DNA from: an uncultured bacterium
GTDB taxonomy: Bacteria; Eisenbacteria; RBG-16-71-46; CAIMUX01
Assembly (NCBI GenBank): GCA_964473865.1
Contig: CAYYQN010000003.1
Coordinates: 2,545 to 66,544, forward strand
DNA: 64,000 nucleotides
Direction of reading: 5' to 3'
This document shows positions 51,767-61,232 of this stretch, in pieces. A program made the position numbers and the translations under genes. Within the stretch, counting starts at the first letter, position 1, and each line of letters begins with the position of its first letter. A model generated the notes under the pieces. The model saw only the letters and a program-made list of their open reading frames with translations, was not told the DNA's origin and made no database searches.

Positions 51767-52912
51767 TCAGTGGGCAGCCGCGGTCTCACCGCTGCGGGCA
51801 GGCTCGTCCTGCAGCCGCAGCGGCATGACCAGACAGAGCAGGTCCGGCTTGCCTTCCCGAGGCGCGGGTTCGAAAATGCTGGCCGCACCGGCTTCCTTGA
51901 AGGAAATGCGCACCCGGTCCGAGATCATGGTTTTGAGCAGGTCCAGGAGATACCCTCCATTGAATCCGGTGCGGAACGCCGGTCCCTCGTAGTCGGCCGG
52001 CACTGCCTCGCTCGCCTCTCCCACGTCGTGGGCTTCCGCGGCCAGAGCCAGCCGTCCCGAATCGATCGTGACCTTGACCATGCGGGTCGCAGACTCGCTG
52101 AAGACGGTAACGCGACGCAGCGCGGCGGCGAGAACCTCGCGGTCGAGTTCCGCGTGGCTGTTACACCCACTGGGGATCGCCTGCTGATAGGGCGGGAATG
52201 GGCCGTCCAGGAGGCGCGTATAGAGCCGCGTATTGCCGAGGTTGAAAAGGCAGTACCGCTTGTTGGCGGAGAGAGACACCGATTCCTGGGCCTCCGAGAG
52301 CAGCCTCTGCAGGACGGCAAGGGTCTTCGTCGGCACCAGGACCTCGCCCCAGGAGGGATAGTCCGCGCTGTGAAATGACATCGCCAGGCGGTGTCCGTTC
52401 GTGGCGACAAAGCGGAGATCGCCTCCAACAATATGAACGTAGACGGCTGTCTGCTCCGGTCGGGTGTAGTCGGTGCTCGCGGCGTAAACCGTTTGGGCCG
52501 CCAGACGGGCCAACACAGAGCTCGAAACGGCAAAAACCTTCTCCTCGTTCAATTCCGGCAGTGGGGGAAATTCCTGGGGATCAGGGCCCACGATCCGAAA
52601 CCGTCCATTTCCGCACTGAATGCCAACGCCGCTGGCGGTGGACGAAATCTCCACGACATCCCCTGGCAGCTCTCGTACAACCTCCAGGAGTCTTCGCGCC
52701 GGGATCGCCGCGATCCCGGGTTGTTCGACCGCAGCATGCAGGGTCGTCACGAGAAAGGCGTCCAGATCCGTCCCGGTGAACCGGAGCTCTCCGGCAGCGG
52801 TGGCTTCCACCAGGATCGACGTCAGGTGTTGCGCCGCCGTCTTTGTGGGCACAACCCCTGCCACCAGCTGCAAGCTCCTGTACAGCTCACTCTGAACCAG
52901 CGAAAACTTCAT
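51767..52912 (-). CDS. dnaN: DNA polymerase III beta sliding clamp
   Basis: MKFSLVQSELYRSLQLVAGVVPTKTAAQHLTSILVEA is a typical beta-clamp N-terminus. Three-domain length of ~380 aa. GGAGG RBS. The track start at 53134 is an upstream extension. Confidence 0.85.
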   Translation of the reverse strand: MKFSLVQSELYRSLQLVAGVVPTKTAAQHLTSILVEATAAGELRFTGTDLDAFLVTTLHAAVEQPGIAAIPARRLLEVVRELPGDVVEISSTASGVGIQCGNGRFRIVGPDPQEFPPLPELNEEKVFAVSSSVLARLAAQTVYAASTDYTRPEQTAVYVHIVGGDLRFVATNGHRLAMSFHSADYPSWGEVLVPTKTLAVLQRLLSEAQESVSLSANKRYCLFNLGNTRLYTRLLDGPFPPYQQAIPSGCNSHAELDREVLAAALRRVTVFSESATRMVKVTIDSGRLALAAEAHDVGEASEAVPADYEGPAFRTGFNGGYLLDLLKTMISDRVRISFKEAGAASIFEPAPREGKPDLLCLVMPLRLQDEPARSGETAAAH

Positions 52913-53134
52913 GACCCCTCCCGGCACCACAAGGATCCGCTGAATGCGTCCCCTGTTGTGGTCCGCGACCGTCCCGACCCAGGGTTGTCCCCCTGACTCA
53001 TCTCTTCCGCGACCCGGAGGCAATGCGTCCGGGAGGCCCGGAATCCTGTCCCGGACGGCTTCTGACGCCAGCCCGTCTGAAACCCCGTGGAGCACATTCG
53101 GTGCCCGCACAGGATAGGAAAGGTTTCCCCTCAA

Positions 53135-53470
53135 GTAAAGTCGAAAGGCTCTCGACAGAGGCGATCTAATGAGCTAGCAGACCATTGGTTAGAGGGATGA
53201 GAGGAATCCTCTACGATACAAGGACAGAAGAAGAGTCGAAGTAGTAGGCGTGTGAGTTGGGTGAGTATGTGGAACCACGGACGGGAGGAGTCCAGACTCC
53301 AAGCGGTTGCGCCGGATGGGGTGTGGTGACGACCTGGGGACAAAGCGCGCCGCGATCCACAAGTCCGCTCCACATGGTCATTTCGACATGGAGTGCGGGC
53401 GAACCTGTTGACAGGTCGCTACCGGTGACCGCGACAACAGGATGAACCGAGAAGCCGGTCTTTGGAGGCG
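53135..53470. other. AT-rich dnaA-dnaN intergenic region (candidate DNA-unwinding element / second oriC module)
   Basis: It is visibly lower in G+C than the flanks (e.g. ggtttcccctcaagtaaagtcgaaagg...gagtatgtggaacc). There are weak box-like TCCACA motifs (GATCCACAAG, CTCCACATGG). Confidence 0.4.
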
Positions 53471-54853
53471 TCACTTGCCCTGTTCGAGACTCGAGGTGAG
53501 ATCCTTGCGGATTTGTTCAAGCGTTGCGGAAAAGGCGGGATCTCGGGATGCCTTGTCCGCGATTCGAGAGCAGGCGTAGAGCACGGTGCTGTGGTCCCGG
53601 TTGCCGAAGCGGCGTCCGATCTCGACAAGGGTCAACGGAGTGGACTGTTTCGTGAGATACATGGCAACCTGTCGAGCGAACGCAACGGAGCTTGTCCGAC
53701 GTCTCCCCCGAAGAGATTCCGGTGGAAGCTCAAAGTGAATCGCCACAACCTTTTGAATGTCAGTAACATCCGGGATTCGTTGTTGCTGTCCGCGAATGTA
53801 GTCGCCCAGCACCTCCCGAGCCAGATCGATGGTGATGTCACTTCCAGTGAGGGACCCGAGAGCCGAGAGCCGAACCAGGGACCCTTCCAGTTCCCGGATG
53901 TTGGAGCGAATGTTCTCAGCGATGAAGAAGAGCACGGGGTCCGGAATGGCGACCTGGGAGCGTTCGGCCTTTCTTCGAAGAATCGCAACCCGGGTTTCCA
54001 GGTCCGGCGGCTGGATGTCGGTGACAAGACCCCAGTTGAACCTGGAGATCAGCCTCTCCTCCAGATCCGGGATGTCCTTGGGAGCGCGGTCACTCGTGAC
54101 CACGACCTGCCTGTTGGCGTCGTATAGGCTGTTAAATGTATGAAAGAACTCCTCTTGCGTGGATTCCTTCCCCGACATGAATTGGATGTCATCAACCAGC
54201 AGCAGATCCAGATTCCGGTACCGCTCCCGAAACTCCAGGGTGTGTCCACGCTGAATCGACTCGATCATCTCATTCATGAACTTCTCGGAAGAGACGTAGT
54301 AGACCCGCGCCGATGGGGTACGCTGCTTCACCTCGAAGCCAATCGCCTGCATGATATGGGTTTTGCCCAGTCCTACGCCTCCATGGATGAAGAGCGGATT
54401 GTAGACTCGGGCTGGATCCTGGGCCACGGCCCGGCACGCTGCGGACGTGAATTCGTTACCCCGACCGACGACGAAGTTGTCGAACGTGAACTGGGACTTC
54501 AGGTTAGAGGCTGAGATCACCGCTGATGCGCGGGGTGATTCCGGTACGGTCGTCCGCTCCGGCCCGCGGCTGGAAGACCGCGAGAACTTGATGTCGTAGC
54601 CATCGGCTACGGAGAAGCGGATTTCCGGAGTCTGGCCGAAGTGGTCTGAGATTGTTGATCTCAAAAGCGGCAAGTTGTGCTCCTCAAACCAGTCGACAAA
54701 GAAGGGGTTCGGGACTTCGAGAAGGACGCGTTCGGCAGTCACCTCCAGAGGGCGAATGGGCCGAAACCACGTGACAAACTTCTGTTCAGAGACGGAATTT
54801 CGCAAGACTTCGAGAATCTTGGACCACGTGTCAACAGCCGCCGACTCGTGCAA
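53471..54853 (-). CDS. dnaA: chromosomal replication initiator protein
   Basis: Domain I WSKILEVLRNSVSEQKFVTWFRP. AAA+ GGVGLGKTHIMQAIG (Walker A), LLLVDDIQF (Walker B), sensor/arginine finger. C-terminal DnaA-box-binding HTH (VAMYLTKQSTPLTLVEIGRRFGNRDHSTVLYA). Confidence 0.9.
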   Translation of the reverse strand: MHESAAVDTWSKILEVLRNSVSEQKFVTWFRPIRPLEVTAERVLLEVPNPFFVDWFEEHNLPLLRSTISDHFGQTPEIRFSVADGYDIKFSRSSSRGPERTTVPESPRASAVISASNLKSQFTFDNFVVGRGNEFTSAACRAVAQDPARVYNPLFIHGGVGLGKTHIMQAIGFEVKQRTPSARVYYVSSEKFMNEMIESIQRGHTLEFRERYRNLDLLLVDDIQFMSGKESTQEEFFHTFNSLYDANRQVVVTSDRAPKDIPDLEERLISRFNWGLVTDIQPPDLETRVAILRRKAERSQVAIPDPVLFFIAENIRSNIRELEGSLVRLSALGSLTGSDITIDLAREVLGDYIRGQQQRIPDVTDIQKVVAIHFELPPESLRGRRRTSSVAFARQVAMYLTKQSTPLTLVEIGRRFGNRDHSTVLYACSRIADKASRDPAFSATLEQIRKDLTSSLEQGK

Positions 54854-54887
54854 GGTTCAGACCCCCCAAAGCGGATGCGCAACAATG

Positions 54888-55337
54888 TTGTCCACAAAAT
54901 TACCCACATTGGATCACGGGGAGTAATCGAAAGCGAACTCAGGTCCAGAGCACTGGAACGCTCTTTCCGCGTCGGAACCGCACAATGTTGTCCACCGGCA
55001 GGTGTCGGCACAACCAGGTGAGGAACAAACGGTTGCGGCGAGGCCAATGCGGTTCTCCACAGGAAAGCCCAACAACTCCCCGAAAAAACGGTGGACCGCC
55101 TCGGGGGGCCGGTACAATCTCCTGCCTCCGAGGAGAGCCGGCGACAAAGGTTATTCACAACCCCCCGCGAGATCCGAAAGCGGTGCGCATCCTAGCACGC
55201 ACCCCAGAGAGGGACAATCGGAATCTGTCGGCGGGAACATATTCCCCAATGTGAAGCGGGACAGACGATTCCGGGCCGGACCGTCCCGATTCTCGCCTCT
55301 TGGGGCGAAAACGCTTTCAGTGGCGCGCTGTGGAGAA
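54888..55337. promoter_or_regulatory. DnaA-box cluster in the dnaA-rpmH divergent intergenic region (candidate oriC / dnaA autoregulatory region)
   Basis: 9-mers close to TTATCCACA: TTGTCCACA 54888-54896, TTACCCACA 54900-54908, TTGTCCACC 54988-54996, TTCTCCACA 55053-55061, TTATTCACA 55151-55159, TGTGGAGAA 55329-55337 (reverse). The leading strand switches exactly here. Confidence 0.6.
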
Positions 55338-55483
55338 CGACGGAATCACGAACACCATAAAAAACGGGCGCAAAATGCGCAGTTGACCTCGGCCCGGGCC
55401 GTCCGGTAGCCTCGCCACGTATCCGAAGGTCTGACCAAGACGGCAGCCGCCAACTTGGTCAACGCAGGGAGATGAGGAGATCC

Positions 55484-55621
55484 ATGAAGAGGACATTCCA
55501 GCCACACAACCGGCGGAAGCTCAAGGTGCACGGATTCCGCAAGCGTATGAGCACCGCCAATGGGCGCCGGGTTCTGAAAAGCCGTCGTGCGAAGGGACGG
55601 AAGCGGCTCGTTGTTTCGTGA
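55484..55621 (+). CDS. rpmH: 50S ribosomal protein L34
   Basis: [45 protein letters not shown] (45 aa). It is not in the ORF track because it is short. GGAG RBS. A TTGACC-18-TAGCCT promoter-like element lies upstream. Confidence 0.9.
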   Translation: MKRTFQPHNRRKLKVHGFRKRMSTANGRRVLKSRRAKGRKRLVVS

Positions 55622-55632
55622 AGTGACCCGGC

Positions 55633-56001
55633 GTGAGCCCCATCGAAGTCCTCGCCAGAAAGGTCGACTTCCAGAGGATACACCGTGAGGGCCGGGCGCT
55701 GCGGGGCCCGGACGTTGTGGTCGTCTATACCTGCGCGGGCCTTTCCGCGTGTAGGTATGCCGTCGTGGCAAGCCGGAAGGTTGGATCGGCGGTTCGCAGG
55801 AACCGGGCGAAGCGCGTGTTGCGGGAAGCCCTGCGGCAGCTCTATCGTTGCGCCGGCCTTGCCGGGATCGACATCCTGCTGATCGCAAAATCCGGGGCGG
55901 TGGTCCAGTCCAGCCGGACCCTGCGGGATCAAGTCGAGTCTCTCCTTCTTCGCGAGGGGCTTCTTCCCGTCGGACAACCGAATCACCCGGGGGAGAATTG
56001 A
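55633..56001 (+). CDS. rnpA: ribonuclease P protein component
   Basis: LARKVDFQRIHREGRALRGPDVVVVY...RKVGSAVRRNRAKRVLREALRQL is the RnpA signature. Immediately downstream of rpmH. Confidence 0.85.
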   Translation: MSPIEVLARKVDFQRIHREGRALRGPDVVVVYTCAGLSACRYAVVASRKVGSAVRRNRAKRVLREALRQLYRCAGLAGIDILLIAKSGAVVQSSRTLRDQVESLLLREGLLPVGQPNHPGEN

Positions 56002-56041
56002 GATTCCTCCTGAAACGCACCGCGCAAGAACCAAAGGGCCG

Positions 56042-56338
56042 ATGGCCGTCTTCCTGATCTGGATCATCGGGCTGTACCGACGGTTTCTCTCGCCTGCTCT
56101 TCCGCCGGCCTGCCGGTTCGAACCGTCCTGTTCTTCCTTTGCACTCGAGGCCATCAGCGAGCACGGAGTGTGGCGGGGCACCGGCCTTGCCGTGTGCCGG
56201 ATCCTGCGGTGCCATCCATGGCACGCGGGGGGGTGGGACCCCGTACCGGGGCGCAAAGGGGGGGTAGGGGAAAGGTCTGATGGATCGAAGGACACTCCTC
56301 GCGTTCGCCATGATGGCGGCCGCGCTGTGGCTCTTTAG
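56042..56338 (+). CDS. yidD: membrane protein insertion efficiency factor
   Basis: LIWIIGLYRRFLSPALPPACRFEPSCSSFALEAISEHGVWRGTGLAVCRILRCHPWHAGGWDPVP is the YidD signature. The 3' end may overlap yidC. Confidence 0.8.
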   Translation: MAVFLIWIIGLYRRFLSPALPPACRFEPSCSSFALEAISEHGVWRGTGLAVCRILRCHPWHAGGWDPVPGRKGGVGERSDGSKDTPRVRHDGGRAVAL

Positions 56339-57977
56339 TTACCTGTTTCCGAGCAGGCCGCAGAGACCGCCCGCGCCGCCGCCGGCGGTGGCCGAGAAGG
56401 CTGAGGTCGCTCCGACGCCCCCGCGGGAGTCGGGTCCCGGGACGCTGAGGAGCGAAGACTCGACCCGATCCGGGCTCCGAACGTTCGGAACCGCGCCCCG
56501 CGAGGCCGCCGCCGCGCCCCTCGAGTTCGACCTCCCGGACTACCGTGCTGTCGTCGACCCGATCGGCGCGCGGGTCACTTCCTGGGTTCTCAAGCGATAC
56601 ACCGACGCCGCGGAACGACCGGCTGACATCGTTCCGTCCGCGGAGACCGGACTCCTGGTGACGCAGCTCTTGATCGGCGGGGAGAGTCTGGACCTCTCTC
56701 GAACCGCCTTTGAGGTGGCTCCGCGCGAGGGAGCAGCTCCGGGGGCCACCTTCACGGCCAGAGACTCCACCGGAGCCGCCATTCGGTTGGATTATGAATT
56801 CCCCGGCAGCGGCAACTACTCGGCGCGACTGCGCATTCTGGTGAGCGGCGCCGGTGCCGACAGCCGAGGAGCGTATCTCCAACTCGTGTTTCCCGAAGGT
56901 GTCGCCCACATCGAACGGGACGTGAAGAGCGATCGCGCTGCCGGGGCGGGAGTGGCGTTGGTCGGGACGCGGAAGGTCAAGCACAACCTGGAAGGCGGGC
57001 ACGGCCTGGGATTCGGTTCGGGAAGCAGAGGCAACGGCTGGTCTGAAGAGGCCGAGGGGGTGATCCACTGGGCGGGCGCCCAGTCGAAGTACTTTCTTGC
57101 CGCAGTCATGCCCCGAAACGTCGAATCGGCCGTGTCGGGGGTGGACGGTCGCGTGACCATGCGGCGGCTTGCCGGCGAGGGGCACTTCCGGACTGAGGTG
57201 CTTCTGCCCCTCAACTTGAGGGGGCCGACCGAGTACCTGGTCGATCTATACGTGGGTCCCATGGACTACCATGAGCTCTCGCGCTACAAGGTCGGCCTGG
57301 AGAAGGCTCGGGACCTCGGCTGGCGCTGGATCGTCCCCTTCAGCAAGCTCCTCATCAAGTTCTTCCAGCTGGTTCACACGGTCGTGCCCAACTATGGGCT
57401 CTGCATCATCATCCTCTCCGTGCTCGTGAAGGCCATCTTCTATCCACTCTCGCGGAAGAGCGTGGAGAGCATGCGGGACATGCAACGGCTCAAGCCCGAG
57501 TTGGACCGGCTGAACGCGAAGTACAAGGACGACCCGCAGCGGAGGAACCAGGCGACCCTGGAGCTCTACAAGAAACACAAGGTGAATCCGCTCGGTGGAT
57601 GCCTGCCCATTCTCGTGCAAATGCCTGTCTTCATCGCCTTGTACAACGTACTCAACACCGCCGTCGAGCTGCGGAAGGCACCGTTCGTCGGGTGGATCAG
57701 CGACCTCTCGGCGCCGGACCGGGTGGGGTCCGTCGGCGGAATTCCGATCCATATCCTGCCTCTGATCATGGCGGCAACGATGGTCTGGCAGCAGAAGTTG
57801 ACACCCACCGACCCGCGACAGGCCGCGATGGCCTACCTCATGCCGATCGTCATGACTGTGTTCTTCTACGCTATGCCCTCGGGGCTGGTCTTGTACTGGA
57901 CCGTGACGAACCTCATGGCGATCGGCCAACAGATCTGGATCAATCGAAGCGTGGCACAACCCACGGCAGCCGCCTGA
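56280..57977 (+). CDS. yidC: membrane protein insertase YidC
   Basis: N-terminal TM. Periplasmic domain. Conserved core LCIIILSVLVKAIFYPLSRKSVESMRDMQRLKPELDRLNAKYKDDPQRRNQATLELYKKHKVNPLGGCLPILVQMPVFIALYNVL. Confidence 0.9.
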   Translation: MDRRTLLAFAMMAAALWLFSYLFPSRPQRPPAPPPAVAEKAEVAPTPPRESGPGTLRSEDSTRSGLRTFGTAPREAAAAPLEFDLPDYRAVVDPIGARVTSWVLKRYTDAAERPADIVPSAETGLLVTQLLIGGESLDLSRTAFEVAPREGAAPGATFTARDSTGAAIRLDYEFPGSGNYSARLRILVSGAGADSRGAYLQLVFPEGVAHIERDVKSDRAAGAGVALVGTRKVKHNLEGGHGLGFGSGSRGNGWSEEAEGVIHWAGAQSKYFLAAVMPRNVESAVSGVDGRVTMRRLAGEGHFRTEVLLPLNLRGPTEYLVDLYVGPMDYHELSRYKVGLEKARDLGWRWIVPFSKLLIKFFQLVHTVVPNYGLCIIILSVLVKAIFYPLSRKSVESMRDMQRLKPELDRLNAKYKDDPQRRNQATLELYKKHKVNPLGGCLPILVQMPVFIALYNVLNTAVELRKAPFVGWISDLSAPDRVGSVGGIPIHILPLIMAATMVWQQKLTPTDPRQAAMAYLMPIVMTVFFYAMPSGLVLYWTVTNLMAIGQQIWINRSVAQPTAAA

Positions 57978-58000
57978 AGCGCGGCGCGGAGACAAGAAGG

Positions 58001-59389
58001 ATGAACAGAGAGAGATTTCGCCGTACTACCGGCCCACTATCCGTTGAGACTGCGGGAAAGACCGTGGACGAGGCGATCCAGGCGGCACTGGGCCGCCTGC
58101 GTGCGCGCCGGGACGAGGTTGATGTCGAGGTCCTGCAGGAGGGCCGAAGCGGCTTGTTTGGGATCGGGTCCCGGGAGGCCAGGGTGCGGGTGCGCCGGCA
58201 TGACCGGACCGAGCCCAAGGCCGAAGGTCGCCCCGAGCGTCGGCCGTCAGTCGGGACTGGAGACTCCGGCGGCCGGCGGGGCCTGCCCGGCGGCCGCCGC
58301 GCGAGTGAGGACATCGCCAGACTGGAGCGGGAAGTCGAGAAGCACCGCACGGCTCGGGGAGCCGGACCGCGCGAGGCCCGTGGTGCCGCCATGGGGTCGA
58401 CGGCGCGATCCGTCGCTCCCACCAGCGGCTCCCGGCGGCGCGAGCCGGTGACTGGAAGTTCTGAGGCGCGGACGTTGCCGGCGCGTGGCGACTCGACCGC
58501 TCCTCGTCGGCGGAGCTCCGGCGGGGGCCGCCCGGTGTCCGAGAGACACACCGAACCGCGAACCACCCCGCCCCCGCGCTCCTCGGTCGCGCGCTCCTCG
58601 GCGCCTCTATCGGAGCCATCCACCCGACCGTCGGCACCCGCCACGGTCGAGCCGTCCGTCCTTGCCGAGTTCGCGCAGGGGATCCTGCGCCGCATGGGAT
58701 ACACCGCGCGCGTGGAGGCCGCTTATACAGACGAAGCCTATGAGGTGAGGATCGACGCCGGCGAGAACAATGAGATCTTGATCGGGAAGAAGGGGGAGAC
58801 TCTGGACGCCCTGCAACATGTCCTGGCCAAGATGGCCAGCCGGGGCCTGGAAGAGCTCCTGCGAGTTCGCGTCGACATCGCCGAGTATCGGCAGAAGCGG
58901 AGCACCGAGTTGTCGGAGCGGGCCCTGGAGATGGCGCGGCAAGTCCTGGAAACCGGCCACGAGATCATCACCGAGCCACTGCCGGCCGCCGAACGACGTT
59001 CCATCCACCGCGCACTTTCGGACCATCCGGAGGTGACGACGCAGAGTCTCGGCGACGGCCAGGTGAAGCCCGTCTGGGTCGGATTGAAGAGCGCGAAGCC
59101 AAGCATGTCCGACGTTGCCCCGGTCGTCGTTCGTCGCGGGGGCGCTTCCCATTCGACCTCCGGCCGGTCCTCGGTCGACTCCCGGGCGCGAGAGCTTCGT
59201 GGGGAAGAGTCAGCGGCAACCGCGCCCGCCCGGTCTGCGACGCCGGCACCGGTCTCATCCGCCGCGCTGGCGCCGCGATCTCTCATCGATCCTTGGGACA
59301 GCACTCCGGCGAACAATGACAAATCGTCCTCCGCGGCGGCACCCGAGTGGGGAAGGCGGCCGAAACCCGCCAAGGGTCGTCGGAAGTGA
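58001..59389 (+). CDS. khpB: Jag/KhpB (R3H-domain RNA-binding protein) with long Arg/Ser/Pro-rich linker
   Basis: An AAGAAGG RBS precedes MNRERFRRTTGPL. Jag-N domain (VDVEVLQEGRSGLFGIGSREARVRV). ~170-aa low-complexity linker. KH domain (ILIGKKGETLDALQHVL). R3H domain (ERRSIHRALSDHPEVTTQSLGDG). Basic tail. The track ORF from 57599 is an upstream read-through across the yidC end. Confidence 0.8.
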   Translation: MNRERFRRTTGPLSVETAGKTVDEAIQAALGRLRARRDEVDVEVLQEGRSGLFGIGSREARVRVRRHDRTEPKAEGRPERRPSVGTGDSGGRRGLPGGRRASEDIARLEREVEKHRTARGAGPREARGAAMGSTARSVAPTSGSRRREPVTGSSEARTLPARGDSTAPRRRSSGGGRPVSERHTEPRTTPPPRSSVARSSAPLSEPSTRPSAPATVEPSVLAEFAQGILRRMGYTARVEAAYTDEAYEVRIDAGENNEILIGKKGETLDALQHVLAKMASRGLEELLRVRVDIAEYRQKRSTELSERALEMARQVLETGHEIITEPLPAAERRSIHRALSDHPEVTTQSLGDGQVKPVWVGLKSAKPSMSDVAPVVVRRGGASHSTSGRSSVDSRARELRGEESAATAPARSATPAPVSSAALAPRSLIDPWDSTPANNDKSSSAAAPEWGRRPKPAKGRRK

Positions 59390-60123
59390 GACCGCGACGC
59401 CGGCGCCGGGGCAATAGCCCGGCACGGCGGCAGCGATTCGGAGAGCCGCGCCGGGGACCGGATCTGGAACCGGACCTGGCGTGGCTTCTTGCTGTGATCG
59501 CCCCCTTCTCGATTCCGTTGGAGCCGCGGGCGCCGGAAAGGATTCGAGCCTTCGCCCGGGAGTTGTTCAGCCGAAGCGAGCGCCTGAACCTGCTGTCCCG
59601 GGCTGATGCCCCCCTGGTCATTCGAAAACACGTGGCGGCGTCGTTGGGTGTGTTCCTGGTCGCGCACCCGACCGGCGGCGAGGAATGGATCGACGTGGGA
59701 ACCGGGGCTGGCTTTCCTGGCCTGATTCTGAAGATTGCGCGGCCGGACCTGCGCATCACGCTGTTGGACTCCGCGCGCAAACGCTGCTTGTTCCTGGAAG
59801 GAGTCGTGAGAAGTCTCGAACTGGGGCGGGTTCCGGTCGTGCCCCAAAGGGTCGAGACTCTTGTGGCACGCGGGGAGGGGTTGGGCCGTTACACCGTGCT
59901 GACTGCGCGCGCGGTCACGTCGCTGGTGGACACGGTTCGGGAGTTCGGCCCTTTGGTTGCGCCAGGCGGACGCATCGTCACGTTCAAGGGACCGCGGTGG
60001 CCGGAGGAGATCCAGACGCTTCGCACCGCCGGCCTGTTGAAGCCGGGCGGGGTTTCGGTAGAGTCCGTCACGCGGATCCCTTGGATGGCTGGGCATCTGG
60101 TGACATTGCGGAAATCCTGCTAA
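59347..60123 (+). CDS. rsmG: 16S rRNA (guanine527-N7)-methyltransferase
   Basis: WIDVGTGAGFPGLILKIARPDLRITLLDSARKRCLFLEGV and LTARAV...VTFKGP are the GidB/RsmG motifs. The true start is probably downstream of the listed ATG, which overlaps the khpB end. Confidence 0.8.
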   Translation: MGKAAETRQGSSEVRPRRRRRGNSPARRQRFGEPRRGPDLEPDLAWLLAVIAPFSIPLEPRAPERIRAFARELFSRSERLNLLSRADAPLVIRKHVAASLGVFLVAHPTGGEEWIDVGTGAGFPGLILKIARPDLRITLLDSARKRCLFLEGVVRSLELGRVPVVPQRVETLVARGEGLGRYTVLTARAVTSLVDTVREFGPLVAPGGRIVTFKGPRWPEEIQTLRTAGLLKPGGVSVESVTRIPWMAGHLVTLRKSC

Positions 60124-60308
60124 TCTGTCGTCAAATATCAAGATAAGCATAAAGTTCCTGGCCTCTTGCGTTGGAGTCCGGACGGCGCATCGGTCGCCTG
60201 ACGGACGTGCGCCGGATTGCGACGATTCTGGGTTGCGAGATCCTCTCCAAAGTAGATAGAAACACAGTAACTTGTTTTTTATAAATAAGATGAACCGAAT
60301 TCCATCTG

Positions 60309-60324
60309 ATGTTCCACGTGGAAC
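60309..60324. promoter_or_regulatory. parS-like palindrome upstream of parA
   Basis: TGTTCCACGTGGAACT versus canonical TGTTTCACGTGAAACA. The core GTTCCACGTGGAAC is a perfect 14-bp palindrome. It lies in an AT-rich island next to a TTGACC-18-TAGTTT promoter-like element (60330-60359). Confidence 0.6.
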
Positions 60325-60470
60325 TTTCGGGTTGACCTGCGCCGCGCGCCGGTGCTAGTTTGCCGCGGGATCGGAAAGAGTCGCTGAACGGCGCCGGCCA
60401 GCGACTCTCCTTCGTGGGCTGTCGGCACACGCGCGGAAGACCGCGAATCTTGGAGGAATCGGGGCGCACG

Positions 60471-61224
<754 letters not shown>

Positions 61225-61232
<8 letters not shown>

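Noticed and set aside
57599-58000. N-terminal 134-aa extension of the khpB ORF
   Set aside because: It overlaps the yidC 3' end in another frame. The conserved Jag N-domain begins at MNRERF (58001), right after a good RBS.
60125-60310. AT-rich island as a horizontally acquired segment
   Set aside because: At ~180 bp it is too short to encode anything. It coincides with a promoter and parS upstream of parA, so a regulatory/structural role is more parsimonious.
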